The notes under the pieces were generated by a model. The model saw nothing but the letters and a program-made list of their open reading frames with translations. It searched no databases and had not been told where the DNA came from. Shown here in pieces: positions 1-10,033 of a stretch of DNA of 32,000 bases. The stretch spans positions 1,762,441-1,794,440 of the forward strand of contig NZ_CP179200.1 of the NCBI RefSeq assembly GCF_051201565.1, written 5' to 3'. A program made the position numbers and the translations under genes. Positions within the stretch are counted from its first letter, which is position 1. Each line of letters starts with the position of its first letter. This stretch comes from Pseudothioglobus sp. nBUS_23 (lineage in GTDB: Bacteria > Pseudomonadota > Gammaproteobacteria > PS1 > Pseudothioglobaceae).

Positions 1-1
1 T

Positions 2-757
2 ATGCACCCAGGAAATATTTTTGTTGGTGAAAACAACCAATATACTGGGGTGGACTTTGGAATTATGGGCACCCTAACTGAGGCTGATCAATATTATTTA
101 GCCCAAAACTTTATGGCATTTTTTAATCAAGACTACAAGCGGGTTGCACAAGTTCACCTTGAGTCTGGTTGGATACCCGAGGGAACTAATGTAATGGAAT
201 TTGAAAATGCTATCAGAAGCGTCTGCGAACCAATCTTTGAAAAGCCATTAAGTGAAATTTCCTTTGGACAAGTTTTACTAAGCCTTTTAAAAGAAGCCAA
301 ACGCTTTGATATGGAAGTTCAGCCTCAACTGCTTTTGCTATATAAAACGCTGCTTAACATAGAAGGCTTAGGACGCTCTCTTTATCCTGATCTTGATCTC
401 TGGGCTACTGCAAAACCTTACCTTGAAAAACTAGCTAAAGAAAAATTCAGTTTTAAAGGCACTCTCAATAAAATATCTGACCAGCTGCCTCAGATCGTAT
501 CAGAATTACCTGAAATACCAATGCTAGTAATTAATGCCCTCAAGCAGATCGAAAGTGGGGCCTTAAAGACTGAAAATTCAAAGAAACAAACAGAGGCGAT
601 AGTAAAACAATTGAGAGAAAACGCCTCTAAACAAAGATTGGGCTTGTTTGCGATTTCATTTCTTATAATTTCTGTGTATTTTGCCTCTCAATTAGCCTGG
701 TCCTTTGCTATTCCCAGCGCAACGCTATGCGTTATTTTTTGGCTTAAGTCTAGATAG
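2..757 (+). CDS. ubiB: UbiB/ABC1-family atypical kinase (ubiquinone biosynthesis), C-terminal part; 5' end lies outside the window
   Basis: The ORF runs off the 5' edge. HPGNIFV...VDFGIMG...YLAQNF...W motifs and two C-terminal hydrophobic segments match the conserved C-terminal half of UbiB proteins. The leading M in the ORF track is an internal codon. Confidence 0.85.
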   Translation: MHPGNIFVGENNQYTGVDFGIMGTLTEADQYYLAQNFMAFFNQDYKRVAQVHLESGWIPEGTNVMEFENAIRSVCEPIFEKPLSEISFGQVLLSLLKEAKRFDMEVQPQLLLLYKTLLNIEGLGRSLYPDLDLWATAKPYLEKLAKEKFSFKGTLNKISDQLPQIVSELPEIPMLVINALKQIESGALKTENSKKQTEAIVKQLRENASKQRLGLFAISFLIISVYFASQLAWSFAIPSATLCVIFWLKSR

Positions 758-837
758 ATAAAATTAGCTATATAAAAAGAATTTCGGGTAAAATATCACC
801 TCTTGCCTGTTTGGTCGCAAAATAGGCAACTATAGAT

Positions 838-861
838 ACACCGCTTGAAGTGGTGTTTTTT
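838..861 (+). terminator. Rho-independent terminator-like hairpin (7-bp stem ACACCGC/GTGGTGT with one G-T pair, 5-nt loop, T5 tail) between ubiB and rplY
   Basis: Read directly: ACACCGC TTGAA GTGGTGT TTTTT. It lies 81 nt after the ubiB stop and ends only 20 nt before the rplY ATG. Confidence 0.5.
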
Positions 862-881
862 CATATATTGGAGAACTCAAA

Positions 882-1580
882 ATGAGTATTACTGTAAACG
901 CAACAGAGCGTGAAGACCAGGGGAAAGGTGCGAGCCGCCGCCTGAGAAAAGAAGAAAAAGTGCCTAGTATTATTTATGGTGGAAAGAAAGAGCCACAAAT
1001 GGTAACACTAAGCATTCACGAAATTACCCACCTATTAGAAGATGAAAATACATTCACTTCAGTTTTAGACTTAGTAGTAGGCGAATCAACTGATTCGGTT
1101 GTTTTAAAAGATATTCAACGCCATCCAGCCAAAAATACCATCACTCATGTAGACTTTTTACGTGTTGATGCTAAACAAACTCTTGTCACTACTACGCCAC
1201 TTCACTTTGTAGGAGTGGAAGAAAACGAAGCCTTAAGGCTGGGCAATATGCTAAACCAGTTTGTTGTTTCGATTGAGATTTCATGTCTACCTAAAGACTT
1301 ACCTCACGGTATTGACGTAGATGTAAGTAGTCTTGAGGTTGGCGATCATCTTTCATTAACCGATCTTGTCTTGCCAGAGGGTGTTGTTATTAATGCCTTG
1401 CAACATGAGGATGTTGAGGCACACGACCAGACTGTATGTTCAGTGTCGGAGCCGAAAGTAGTTGAGGAAGAAGAAGAAATTATTGAGGATGGTGAATCTG
1501 AAGAGGGTGGTGAAGACTCAGCAGAAGACTCTGCAGACTCTGCAGATTCAGACTCAAAAGATGGTGACGACAACGAATAA
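882..1580 (+). CDS. rplY: 50S ribosomal protein L25, long Ctc/general-stress form, with acidic C-terminal tail
   Basis: GGAGA RBS 8 nt upstream. N-terminal RRLRKEEKVPSIIYGG motif and two-domain length (232 aa) are typical of Ctc-type L25. The rplY-pth-ychF order is conserved, as in Pseudomonas. Confidence 0.9.
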   Translation: MSITVNATEREDQGKGASRRLRKEEKVPSIIYGGKKEPQMVTLSIHEITHLLEDENTFTSVLDLVVGESTDSVVLKDIQRHPAKNTITHVDFLRVDAKQTLVTTTPLHFVGVEENEALRLGNMLNQFVVSIEISCLPKDLPHGIDVDVSSLEVGDHLSLTDLVLPEGVVINALQHEDVEAHDQTVCSVSEPKVVEEEEEIIEDGESEEGGEDSAEDSADSADSDSKDGDDNE

Positions 1581-1628
1581 AGTATCGTCAGTCTTATTGG
1601 CTCAACAAGCGTAAAATGAAGCGCTGTA

Positions 1629-2195
1629 ATGATTAAACTAATTGTTGGACTGGGTAATCCCGGAAAAAATTATCAGGAACATCGTCACAATGCAGGCTTT
1701 TGGTTTGTTGAGTCACTAGCTTCTTTAAATGACTCCAAGTTTACGAGTCAGTCAAAGTTTCTAGGTGAATCATCAGATCTTAACCTAAACTCAAATAAAG
1801 TTTTTCTGTTGAAGCCCCAAACCTTTATGAATAATTCTGGTGGCTCAATAAAAAGCTTTTTAAACTACTATGACATTTCACCAGAAGAGACTTTGGTTGT
1901 TCATGACGAGCTCGACTTGCCTGTTGGAATTGTCAAATTAAAACTGGGTGGTGGCCATGGTGGCCATAATGGCCTAAGGGACGTCATGAAAGCCCTTGGA
2001 TCAAAAAATTTCTATCGCCTTCGAATCGGAATTGAGCACCCTGGATCTAAAAATGAAGTTGTTGACTATGTTTTAAATGCTCCTAGCAAATCAGAGCTAT
2101 GCGCCATTAAAGAGAGCATATCAAGGGCTAGTAAAATTGTTGAATTATTAGTTAAAGGTAGTTTTGAAGAGGCCATGAAGGCTCTTCATACATAA
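1629..2195 (+). CDS. pth: Peptidyl-tRNA hydrolase
   Basis: 188 aa with N-terminal LIVGLGNPG...Y..HRHNAGF motif and HDELDLP.G motif. Confidence 0.95.
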   Translation: MIKLIVGLGNPGKNYQEHRHNAGFWFVESLASLNDSKFTSQSKFLGESSDLNLNSNKVFLLKPQTFMNNSGGSIKSFLNYYDISPEETLVVHDELDLPVGIVKLKLGGGHGGHNGLRDVMKALGSKNFYRLRIGIEHPGSKNEVVDYVLNAPSKSELCAIKESISRASKIVELLVKGSFEEAMKALHT

Positions 2196-2210
2196 CATTG
2201 GAGAAATATA

Positions 2211-3302
2211 ATGGGCTTTAAGTGTGGAATTGTTGGACTTCCAAATGTTGGCAAGTCAACACTCTTTAATGCGCTCACAAAGGCTGGAATCGACTCAGAA
2301 AACTATCCTTTTTGTACTATAGAGCCAAATATTGGTATTGTTCCAGTAAACGACACTCGACTTCAAAGCCTCGCTGAAATTGCAAAACCTGAAAAAATAC
2401 TCCCAACCACAATGGAGTTTGTTGATATTGCAGGGCTGGTAGAAGGCGCGTCCAAGGGTGAAGGTCTTGGAAATCAATTCCTCTCAAATATCAGAGAAAC
2501 AGATGCTATTCTTCATTTGGTTCGTTGTTTTGAAAATGATGACATTATTCATGTTTCAGGAAAAGTCAGCCCTTTAGATGACATTGAAACAATTAATACT
2601 GAGCTTGCACTTGCGGATCTATTTAGTGCTGAAAAAGTCTATCAAAAAGCATTGAAAAACTCAAAGGCGGGACAGAAAGAAGGCCTACCTTTAAAAAACT
2701 TACTCGAAAAAATCCTTCCAGTTCTAGAAGAGGGCTTAGCCATCAGATCTTTAGACTTTAATGAAGAGGAAGCAAAGCTTCTTAAAAGCCTTCAACTCTT
2801 AACTTCTAAGCCTGTACTTTATGTTGCAAATGTTAACGAAGATGGGTTTGATAACAATCCACATCTGGCTAAATTATTAGAATACGCAAGCTCAGAAAAT
2901 AGCCAGGTTGTATCTGTCTGTGCAGATATTGAGGCTGAGATTGCCGAACTTGACGAGGAAGACAAACAAGGCTTTTTAGATGAAATGGGTCAAACCGAGT
3001 CTGGACTTGATCGATTAATAAAAGCAGGCTACAGGCTTCTTGGACTGCACACTTATTTTACTGCTGGCCCAAAAGAAGTCAAAGCCTGGACAATTAACAT
3101 TGGAGATTCAGCCCCTGTAGCCGCGGGTAAAATACATGGTGACTTTGAGAAAGGCTTTATTCGCGCTGAAACAATTTCATACACCGACTATATTGAGCAC
3201 TCTGGAGAAAAGGGGGCAAAAGATGCTGGAAAGTTACGCTCCGAAGGAAAAGATTATGTTGTCAAAGATGGAGATGTAGTTCATTTTTTATTTAATGTTT
3301 AA
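2211..3302 (+). CDS. ychF: Ribosome-binding ATPase YchF (OLA1 family)
   Basis: 363 aa. P-loop [31 protein letters not shown] motifs and a C-terminal TGS-like end ([11 protein letters not shown]). Confidence 0.95.
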   Translation: MGFKCGIVGLPNVGKSTLFNALTKAGIDSENYPFCTIEPNIGIVPVNDTRLQSLAEIAKPEKILPTTMEFVDIAGLVEGASKGEGLGNQFLSNIRETDAILHLVRCFENDDIIHVSGKVSPLDDIETINTELALADLFSAEKVYQKALKNSKAGQKEGLPLKNLLEKILPVLEEGLAIRSLDFNEEEAKLLKSLQLLTSKPVLYVANVNEDGFDNNPHLAKLLEYASSENSQVVSVCADIEAEIAELDEEDKQGFLDEMGQTESGLDRLIKAGYRLLGLHTYFTAGPKEVKAWTINIGDSAPVAAGKIHGDFEKGFIRAETISYTDYIEHSGEKGAKDAGKLRSEGKDYVVKDGDVVHFLFNV

Positions 3303-3314
3303 GTACCGAGTCTG

Positions 3315-4841
3315 ATGGAAAAAACAAAACTACTTTTAATCTTAGATGGGTGGGGTTATTCGAGTGATACCTCTAATAATGCTATTGCCCTAGCAGATAC
3401 GCCTAATTGGGATCATTTTATAGAGAATTATCCAAACACCCTTATTGGCACCTCTGGAAACAGCGTAGGTCTTCCAGATGGACAAATGGGTAACTCTGAG
3501 GTTGGCCACCTGACTATTGGCTCGGGAAGAATTATTGAGCAGGATTTTACAAGAATTGAAAATTCAATAAAGTCTGGTGATTTTTTTTCCAATGAAGTGC
3601 TATGTAAAGCCCTTGCCTCAGCAAGTGAAAAAGGAAAGGCTGTGCATGTTCTCGGACTGCTATCCGATGGAGGTGTTCACTCACACCAAGATCATATCTT
3701 TGCGGCTCTTAAGCTTGCCAAAGAGAAAAAATGTGACAAGGTCTATATCCATATTTTTACTGATGGGCGCGATACGCCGCCTAATAGTGCCTCAACTTAT
3801 GTCAACGACCTAGAGAAACAAATTTCCGAAATAGGAGTCGGTAAAATTGTATCAATTGCTGGACGCTTTTATGCAATGGACAGGGATAATCGCTGGGAAA
3901 GGGTTTCAAAAGCCTATAAACTTATATCACAAGGAGTTGGCGAGCGACAAGCAAGCAATGCCCAAGAAGCTATTCAAAAGGCTTATGACCTAGGCGAAAA
4001 TGATGAATTTCTATCGCCAACATCAATAGGCAGCCCTGTTAGGTTAGAGGATGGCGACCTAATGATTTTTATGAATTATCGAGCTGATAGAGCAAGAGAA
4101 ATAACTCAAGCCCTTGCAATGTCCAGATTTGATGCGTTCAATCGAGAATATTTTGCTGAGTGCACTTTTGTCTGTCTTACAGAATATAAAAAAGACTTTG
4201 GTCTTGATTGTGCGTTCCCGCCGATATCTGTCAAAAACACTCTAGGGGATTGCGTGTCAGATCTTGGATTTAAGCAGCTTAGAATAGCTGAAACTGAAAA
4301 ATATGCGCATGTTACTTTTTTCTTCAATGGTGGTGTTGAAGAAAGTCTTCCTGGTGAAGATAGAAAGCTTATTCAGTCGCCCAAAGTAAAAACTTATGAT
4401 CTGCAACCGGAGATGAGTGCATTCGAACTCACAGAAGATCTTATTTCTGAGATTAATGCTCAAAAATATAGCCTTATTATATGCAACTTTGCAAACACCG
4501 ACATGGTTGGACATACTGGGAAACTCGAAGCGGCGATTAAGGCTGTAGAAGCTGTTGATAGCTGTCTTGGAAAAATCCATCGTGCAGCTAAAGAAACAAA
4601 AACAGAGGTTTTAATTACTGCTGACCATGGAAATGCAGAACAGATGACAGACTCTATAACTCAGAAAAGCCATACTGCTCATACAACTAATCCGGTTCCA
4701 TTAATTTATATTGGTGAAAAGAAAAGTTCGCTATTAGGTCCACATATTGGTACACTGGCAGACATAGCGCCAACTCTTTTGTCGCTCATGAACATTGAGC
4801 AGCCAAGCGAGATGTCAGGAAAAAGCCTTCTAACTAATTAG
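3315..4841 (+). CDS. gpmI: 2,3-bisphosphoglycerate-independent phosphoglycerate mutase
   Basis: 508 aa. [23 protein letters not shown] and TADHGNAE motifs are characteristic of iPGM. Confidence 0.95.
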   Translation: MEKTKLLLILDGWGYSSDTSNNAIALADTPNWDHFIENYPNTLIGTSGNSVGLPDGQMGNSEVGHLTIGSGRIIEQDFTRIENSIKSGDFFSNEVLCKALASASEKGKAVHVLGLLSDGGVHSHQDHIFAALKLAKEKKCDKVYIHIFTDGRDTPPNSASTYVNDLEKQISEIGVGKIVSIAGRFYAMDRDNRWERVSKAYKLISQGVGERQASNAQEAIQKAYDLGENDEFLSPTSIGSPVRLEDGDLMIFMNYRADRAREITQALAMSRFDAFNREYFAECTFVCLTEYKKDFGLDCAFPPISVKNTLGDCVSDLGFKQLRIAETEKYAHVTFFFNGGVEESLPGEDRKLIQSPKVKTYDLQPEMSAFELTEDLISEINAQKYSLIICNFANTDMVGHTGKLEAAIKAVEAVDSCLGKIHRAAKETKTEVLITADHGNAEQMTDSITQKSHTAHTTNPVPLIYIGEKKSSLLGPHIGTLADIAPTLLSLMNIEQPSEMSGKSLLTN

Positions 4842-4852
4842 TGGATAGTGAC

Positions 4853-5527
4853 ATGAAAAAAGACAACTTTATCGCCCCCTCAATACTCTCTGCAAACTTT
4901 GCTAAGCTTGGTGAGGAAGTTGACAATGTCTTGAATGCAGGAGCAGACATAGTTCATTTTGACGTAATGGATAATCACTATGTCCCAAACCTAACCATAG
5001 GGCCATTAGTTTGTGAGGCCTTAAGAAATCATGGGGTTACAGCGCCTATTGATGTCCACCTCATGGTGAAACCAGTTGACCGAATTATTCCTGATTTTGC
5101 AAGCGCTGGAGCTTCTTACATAACCTTTCATCCAGAGGCTTCAGAACATATTGATCGAACAATTAGTCTTATTAAAGAAAGTGGCTGTAAGGCTGGTTTA
5201 GTTTTTAATCCTGCAACCCCTCTTAACCACTTAGATCATGTTATTGACCAACTTGATATGGTTTTATTAATGTCGGTTAATCCAGGCTTTGGCGGTCAGT
5301 CATTTATTCCTAAAACCCTTGAAAAATTAAGGATTGTTAGAAACTTAATTGACTCAAGAAATCTTCAAACCAGGCTTGAAATTGACGGGGGAGTGAAGAT
5401 TGAGAATATTAAGGAGATAGCCTCAGCTGGGGCTGATACATTTGTAGCTGGGTCTGCTATTTTCAATACAGATGACTATAAAAAAACAATAGATAAAATG
5501 CGCTCTGAGCTTTCACAAGCATCGTGA
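4853..5527 (+). CDS. rpe: Ribulose-phosphate 3-epimerase
   Basis: [30 protein letters not shown] and [12 protein letters not shown] motifs. I prefer the ATG at 4853 because [12 protein letters not shown] aligns with the N-terminus of E. coli Rpe. The ORF track's GTG at 4841, overlapping the gpmI stop by 1 nt, is an alternative start. Confidence 0.9.
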   Translation: MKKDNFIAPSILSANFAKLGEEVDNVLNAGADIVHFDVMDNHYVPNLTIGPLVCEALRNHGVTAPIDVHLMVKPVDRIIPDFASAGASYITFHPEASEHIDRTISLIKESGCKAGLVFNPATPLNHLDHVIDQLDMVLLMSVNPGFGGQSFIPKTLEKLRIVRNLIDSRNLQTRLEIDGGVKIENIKEIASAGADTFVAGSAIFNTDDYKKTIDKMRSELSQAS

Positions 5528-5638
5528 CAAAAGAGCAGTCAAAGGCCTAAATTTTTAAACCATATGCCAAGGCAATTTCAAAACAACGCTGCAATTAGTT
5601 ATGAGAAAATATTGATTTTATTTTCTAAGTAAATAGTT

Positions 5639-6940
5639 ATGGGAAAGTCGTCTTTCTTGGGGCCTGAAACAATATCACTTCATTCGGGATACGAACCAGA
5701 CTCTTCATTTGGAAGCAGGGCTGTCCCTGTTTATCAAACCACCTCATATGTTTTCGAGACTGTTGATGATGCCGCTGCACTTTTCAATATAGAAAAGGGC
5801 GGACATATTTATAGCAGAATGACGAATCCTACGGTTGCCGTTTTAGAGCAGCGAATTGCTGCATTAGAAGGAGGTGTTGGGGCAATTTGTACAGCCTCGG
5901 GCATGAGTGCACTTTTTGTTACTTTTGTCAGCCTTTGTTCTGCTGGTGATCATATTGTCAGCGCCTCACAAATCTATGGATCAACTGCGACACTTCTTAG
6001 ACACACCCTCAAAAGATTTAATATTGACTGTACTTTTGTCTCCATTAATGATGAAAAAGCTCTTAAAGCGGCCATACAGGAAAACACAAAACTCGTCTTT
6101 TGTGAATCAATTGGCAACCCAGGACTGGAGGTATCAAACCTGCCCAAAATTTCAAACATTGCTCATCAAAACAACCTCCCTCTTGTTATTGACGCAACAT
6201 TTGCAACACCAGCGCTTTGTAAGCCATTTGAGCATGGAGCTGATGTTGTAGTGCATTCTGTTACAAAATGGATGGGAGGACATGGAGTTGCTGTAGGAGG
6301 TGTCATTGTTGATGGTGGTGCTTTTGACTGGGGTGCTGCTAACAAACATCCAGAGCTTACTACGCCTTATGAGCCATTCCATGGAATAAACTTCTGGGAA
6401 GAGTTTGGGCCCTCCGCACTTTCAATGAAAATTAGAGCAGAGTCTATGCGTGACTTTGGCCCGGCCATGAGCCCTCACAGCGCTTTTTTACTTCTTCAGG
6501 GCATTGAAACTCTTAGTCTTCGAATGAGCCAACACGTTAAAAATGCAATCAAACTCGCAAAATGGCTGCTGGAACAATCTGCAGTAATGTGGGTTAACCA
6601 TCCTGATCTGCCTGAAAACCCTACCTGCGAAATAGCAAAAGAGCTCTTTCCAAATGGCGCTGGATCAATGTTATGCTTTGGTGTAAAAGGAGGAAGAGAA
6701 GGAGGGGCAGCATTTATTAACTCTCTTAAGCTATCATCAAATTTAGCAAATGTAGGTGACTCAAGAACTCTCGTTCTTCACCCTGCAAGCACGACTCACT
6801 CTCGACTGGATGATGATGCAATGAAAGCTTCTGGAACAAGCCCAGATTTAATCAGAGTGTCAGTTGGAATCGAGTCTGTTAATGACATCATCAATGATTT
6901 TAAAGTTGGCCTTAAGGCAGTAGAAAAGGCAACTGCGTAA
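5639..6940 (+). CDS. metY: O-acetylhomoserine sulfhydrylase (aminocarboxypropyltransferase), PLP-dependent
   Basis: 433 aa. N-terminal [12 protein letters not shown]...[14 protein letters not shown], the PLP-lysine motif [11 protein letters not shown], and a C-terminal HPASTTHS motif typical of the MetY/Cys-Met PLP family. Confidence 0.9.
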   Translation: MGKSSFLGPETISLHSGYEPDSSFGSRAVPVYQTTSYVFETVDDAAALFNIEKGGHIYSRMTNPTVAVLEQRIAALEGGVGAICTASGMSALFVTFVSLCSAGDHIVSASQIYGSTATLLRHTLKRFNIDCTFVSINDEKALKAAIQENTKLVFCESIGNPGLEVSNLPKISNIAHQNNLPLVIDATFATPALCKPFEHGADVVVHSVTKWMGGHGVAVGGVIVDGGAFDWGAANKHPELTTPYEPFHGINFWEEFGPSALSMKIRAESMRDFGPAMSPHSAFLLLQGIETLSLRMSQHVKNAIKLAKWLLEQSAVMWVNHPDLPENPTCEIAKELFPNGAGSMLCFGVKGGREGGAAFINSLKLSSNLANVGDSRTLVLHPASTTHSRLDDDAMKASGTSPDLIRVSVGIESVNDIINDFKVGLKAVEKATA

Positions 6941-7731
6941 TGAATATTGTTGTTGACGGAGTAGATATTTTTGTGGCTACGGGAGGCTGCGCTTTTGACC
7001 CAAAAAAACCGACAGTGGTTTTTGTCCATGGAAGTGGTCTCGATCATAGGTCTTGGGCGCTCCAGGCAAGATGGTTTGCATTTCATGGCTTCTCTGTTTT
7101 AGCGCCTGATTTGCCTGGACACAGCTTGTCAGAAGGAGAGCCTCTTAAGTCGATTGAAAGTATGGGCAAATGGCTAGTGAAAGCCATCAAACACTCGGGC
7201 GCGGAAAACGTCCACCTGGTTGGTCATTCACAAGGCTTTCTTGTAGCCCTTGAAGCGGCTATTCTTTTAGAAGACAAATTAAAATCTTTAACTGCTGTTG
7301 CGAGCGCCTCAGCAATCCCTGTGAATGAATCGCTCGTTGATACGGCTCAAAAAAATACAAAAGAAGCTGCCGACATGCTCTTGAGGTGGGGCTTTGGATC
7401 TCGATCTCATGCAGGCGGTAGTGCAGTACCTGGGATGCAACCAATAGGGATTGGGCGCCAAATTATGTCATCAAATCCTTTGGCTGAGGATCTCTTAGCT
7501 TGTAATAAATATAAGAACGGAATAAACTGTGCGAAAAATATTAAAGCGCCCTCAAACGTTATTGTGGCAACAGAAGACAAAAACACTCCATACAAATTTG
7601 GGTTAGAACTTGCGGAGGCTTTAGGGGCAGAAACTACAACTGTTTCTGGCTCGGGACATATGCTTCCAATTGAGGCTCCAAAGAGCACCTTGGATGCCAT
7701 TAAATCATTTATCTTAAAAATAAATCCATGA
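6940..7731 (+). CDS. Alpha/beta-fold hydrolase, substrate unknown
   Basis: 263 aa. HGSG oxyanion-hole motif, GHSQG nucleophile elbow and a C-terminal GSGHMLPIE catalytic His region. The start overlaps the metY stop (TAATG). Confidence 0.8.
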   Translation: MNIVVDGVDIFVATGGCAFDPKKPTVVFVHGSGLDHRSWALQARWFAFHGFSVLAPDLPGHSLSEGEPLKSIESMGKWLVKAIKHSGAENVHLVGHSQGFLVALEAAILLEDKLKSLTAVASASAIPVNESLVDTAQKNTKEAADMLLRWGFGSRSHAGGSAVPGMQPIGIGRQIMSSNPLAEDLLACNKYKNGINCAKNIKAPSNVIVATEDKNTPYKFGLELAEALGAETTTVSGSGHMLPIEAPKSTLDAIKSFILKINP

Positions 7732-10022
7732 ATAAAATTATAAAAGTTGGCGTCATTGGCGCCGGTACGATGGGTGCTGGTATTGCTGGCCAAGTTGCTA
7801 ACGCAGGAATAGAGGTTTGGCTACTAGACCTGCCTACTGAAGGTGAAAATGTAAACAGCTTGGCCCAAAAAGGATTAGAGAGACTCAGAGATCCTGATAT
7901 GCCTGGCATTATGAGCAAAGAGGCTGAAGAGCTTATACATCTCGGAAACACAAGAGATAACTTTAATGAGCTCAATGAATGTGACTGGATTGCTGAAGCT
8001 GTCGTGGAAAGACTGGATATTAAACAGGCGCTATACAAAAAACTTCATGAAACCTGTAAAGAATCTGCGATCATTACTTCGAATACTTCAACTATTCCAA
8101 TTAGTCTATTGACTGAGGGCATGCCTCAAGACTTTTGTGAGCGCTTTGCTATTACTCATTTCTTTAATCCGGTTCGCTTCATGAGACTCCTAGAGCTAGT
8201 CAGAGGTGAGCAAACCAGACAAGATGTGATGGACACGCTTGATGTTTTCTGCGAGAGTATGCTTGGTAAGGGTGTTGTGCCTTGTTCAGATACGCCTGGC
8301 TTTCTTGCAAATAGAGTGGGTGTTTTTGCAATTCAGTGCGCCCTTCACAAGGCATTTGAATACAACCTCTCTCCAACAGAGGCTGATGCTTTTTTTGGTA
8401 GGCCACTTGGCCTTCCCAAAACTGGAGTTTTTGGTCTTTATGACCTAATTGGTATTGATTTAATGGCTGATGTGGCAAAAAGCCTCGAAAACATCTTGCC
8501 AGAAAATGATGCCTTTCATAAGTATGCCGCGCCCATAGAATTTGTGTCCAACATGATCGCCAATGGTCAAACTGGAAACAAAAATGATCAGGGCTTTTAT
8601 AAGCAGGTTGGTGATGACAAAATGGTAATAGACCTGTCCAATGGAAGCTATGTTGAACATAAACGCCTAAAAACTTCTCTCTTAGAAGAAGCTGAAAAAA
8701 CTGGAGTGGCCGCAATCATTAGCGATCAAAGCAAATACGGCCTCTTTATCTGGGATGTACTTTCTGAAACTTTGTCCTATGCGGCCTCATTAGTCCCTGA
8801 AGTTACTGAAGATGTAACCCAAATTGATGACGCAATGAAGCTGGGCTATAACTGGGTGAAAGGGCCTTTCGAGTTAATTGATGAAATTGGCATCGATTAC
8901 TTTGTTAATAGGCTTAAAACTAGCGCCAGAGATGTGCCTGACTTCCTTGAAAATAGCACAAATAAAAAGTTTTATATTAACTCGAATTCAATCTTGAGCA
9001 CGCTCACTAGTTCTGGCGAACTAAAACCTATTGTCAGGCCAAAAGGCGTTCTTCGATTCTCAGAGGCGCGACAAACTTTGGCTCCAATCAACTCAAATGA
9101 GTCAGCTAGTTGGTTTGAATATGAGGATGCGGCTGTTGTAGAGTTCCACTCAAAAGCAAACGCTCTCGATAGTCAAAGCCTGGACATGATATCTGATGCG
9201 GTCACTGCCGCTGAAAACAAAGGCCTGAAAGGCGTCATTATTCACAATGACTTTCAGCATTTTTCTTGTGGTGTTAGCTTATGGAGCGTTAGAAACTGTT
9301 TTGAAAAAAATGACTTTGATGGCCTTGATGACTTTCTTGCTTATTTTCAAAATACTATGCTTCAAATGAGAAACTCTAGTCTCCCTGTTGTTGCTGCGCC
9401 TGTTGGAATGTCTATCGGCGGTGGTTTTGAGGTTGTATTACATGCAGACCATGTTGTCAGTCACGCTAACTCTGTGATGGGCCTAGTTGAGTCTTTTGTT
9501 GGCGTTGTGCCTGCAGGTGGTGGCTGCAAAGAAATGCTTTATCGATGGACAGAAAAGCTAAACGATACTCAGAAAGGAGCATGGAAATCATTTATGAATA
9601 TCGGTCTTGGAAGAAAGGCTAACTCGCCCCAAGAAGCTGACGCCTTATCCATGAGAAGGCCTGGTGACACCTTTCAGATGAATCGTGATCGAATATTAGA
9701 TGCTGCACTTTCAACAATAGGTGCAACAAAAAAAGCTGCCAAACGAGAGCCGCTTGCCCTATCAGGAGCCGAACATTATCAAGAAATGTTAGAGTGGCTT
9801 GAAGTAAATCATAAAAAAGGCATGCTTACCCCGCATGATGTAACTGTTGGAACCGAGATTGGTAGAGTAATGTCGGGTGGTGAGTGCCCAGCTGGAACAG
9901 TTTTTTCTGAGCAAGATATTCTCAACGCTGAGCGCTCTTCATTTATCAGGCTTGCCCAAACCCAAGAAACTCAAGCAAGAATTGTTGCCATGTTAGATAA
10001 TGGCATTACTTTAAGAAATTAA
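7728..10022 (+). CDS. Bifunctional 3-hydroxyacyl-CoA dehydrogenase / enoyl-CoA hydratase, FadN-type domain order (dehydrogenase N-terminal, crotonase C-terminal)
   Basis: 764 aa. N-terminal Rossmann VGVIGAGTMGAGIA and HFFNPVRFMRLLELV (3-HCDH). C-terminal crotonase-like segment (AAPVGMSIGGGFEVVLHADHVV). ATGA overlap with the upstream hydrolase gene. Confidence 0.85.
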   Translation: MNKIIKVGVIGAGTMGAGIAGQVANAGIEVWLLDLPTEGENVNSLAQKGLERLRDPDMPGIMSKEAEELIHLGNTRDNFNELNECDWIAEAVVERLDIKQALYKKLHETCKESAIITSNTSTIPISLLTEGMPQDFCERFAITHFFNPVRFMRLLELVRGEQTRQDVMDTLDVFCESMLGKGVVPCSDTPGFLANRVGVFAIQCALHKAFEYNLSPTEADAFFGRPLGLPKTGVFGLYDLIGIDLMADVAKSLENILPENDAFHKYAAPIEFVSNMIANGQTGNKNDQGFYKQVGDDKMVIDLSNGSYVEHKRLKTSLLEEAEKTGVAAIISDQSKYGLFIWDVLSETLSYAASLVPEVTEDVTQIDDAMKLGYNWVKGPFELIDEIGIDYFVNRLKTSARDVPDFLENSTNKKFYINSNSILSTLTSSGELKPIVRPKGVLRFSEARQTLAPINSNESASWFEYEDAAVVEFHSKANALDSQSLDMISDAVTAAENKGLKGVIIHNDFQHFSCGVSLWSVRNCFEKNDFDGLDDFLAYFQNTMLQMRNSSLPVVAAPVGMSIGGGFEVVLHADHVVSHANSVMGLVESFVGVVPAGGGCKEMLYRWTEKLNDTQKGAWKSFMNIGLGRKANSPQEADALSMRRPGDTFQMNRDRILDAALSTIGATKKAAKREPLALSGAEHYQEMLEWLEVNHKKGMLTPHDVTVGTEIGRVMSGGECPAGTVFSEQDILNAERSSFIRLAQTQETQARIVAMLDNGITLRN

Positions 10023-10033
10023 CAGTTACGCCT

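Noticed and set aside
5528-5638. Possible SAM riboswitch (SAM-II/SAM-V type) in the 111-nt spacer upstream of metY
   Set aside because: I looked for the pseudoknot-forming conserved elements (a U-rich tract with a downstream AAAGCU-like 3' element) and found only a duplicated GCAATT and a short GCC-AA-GGC hairpin. The evidence is insufficient. A covariance-model scan would be decisive.
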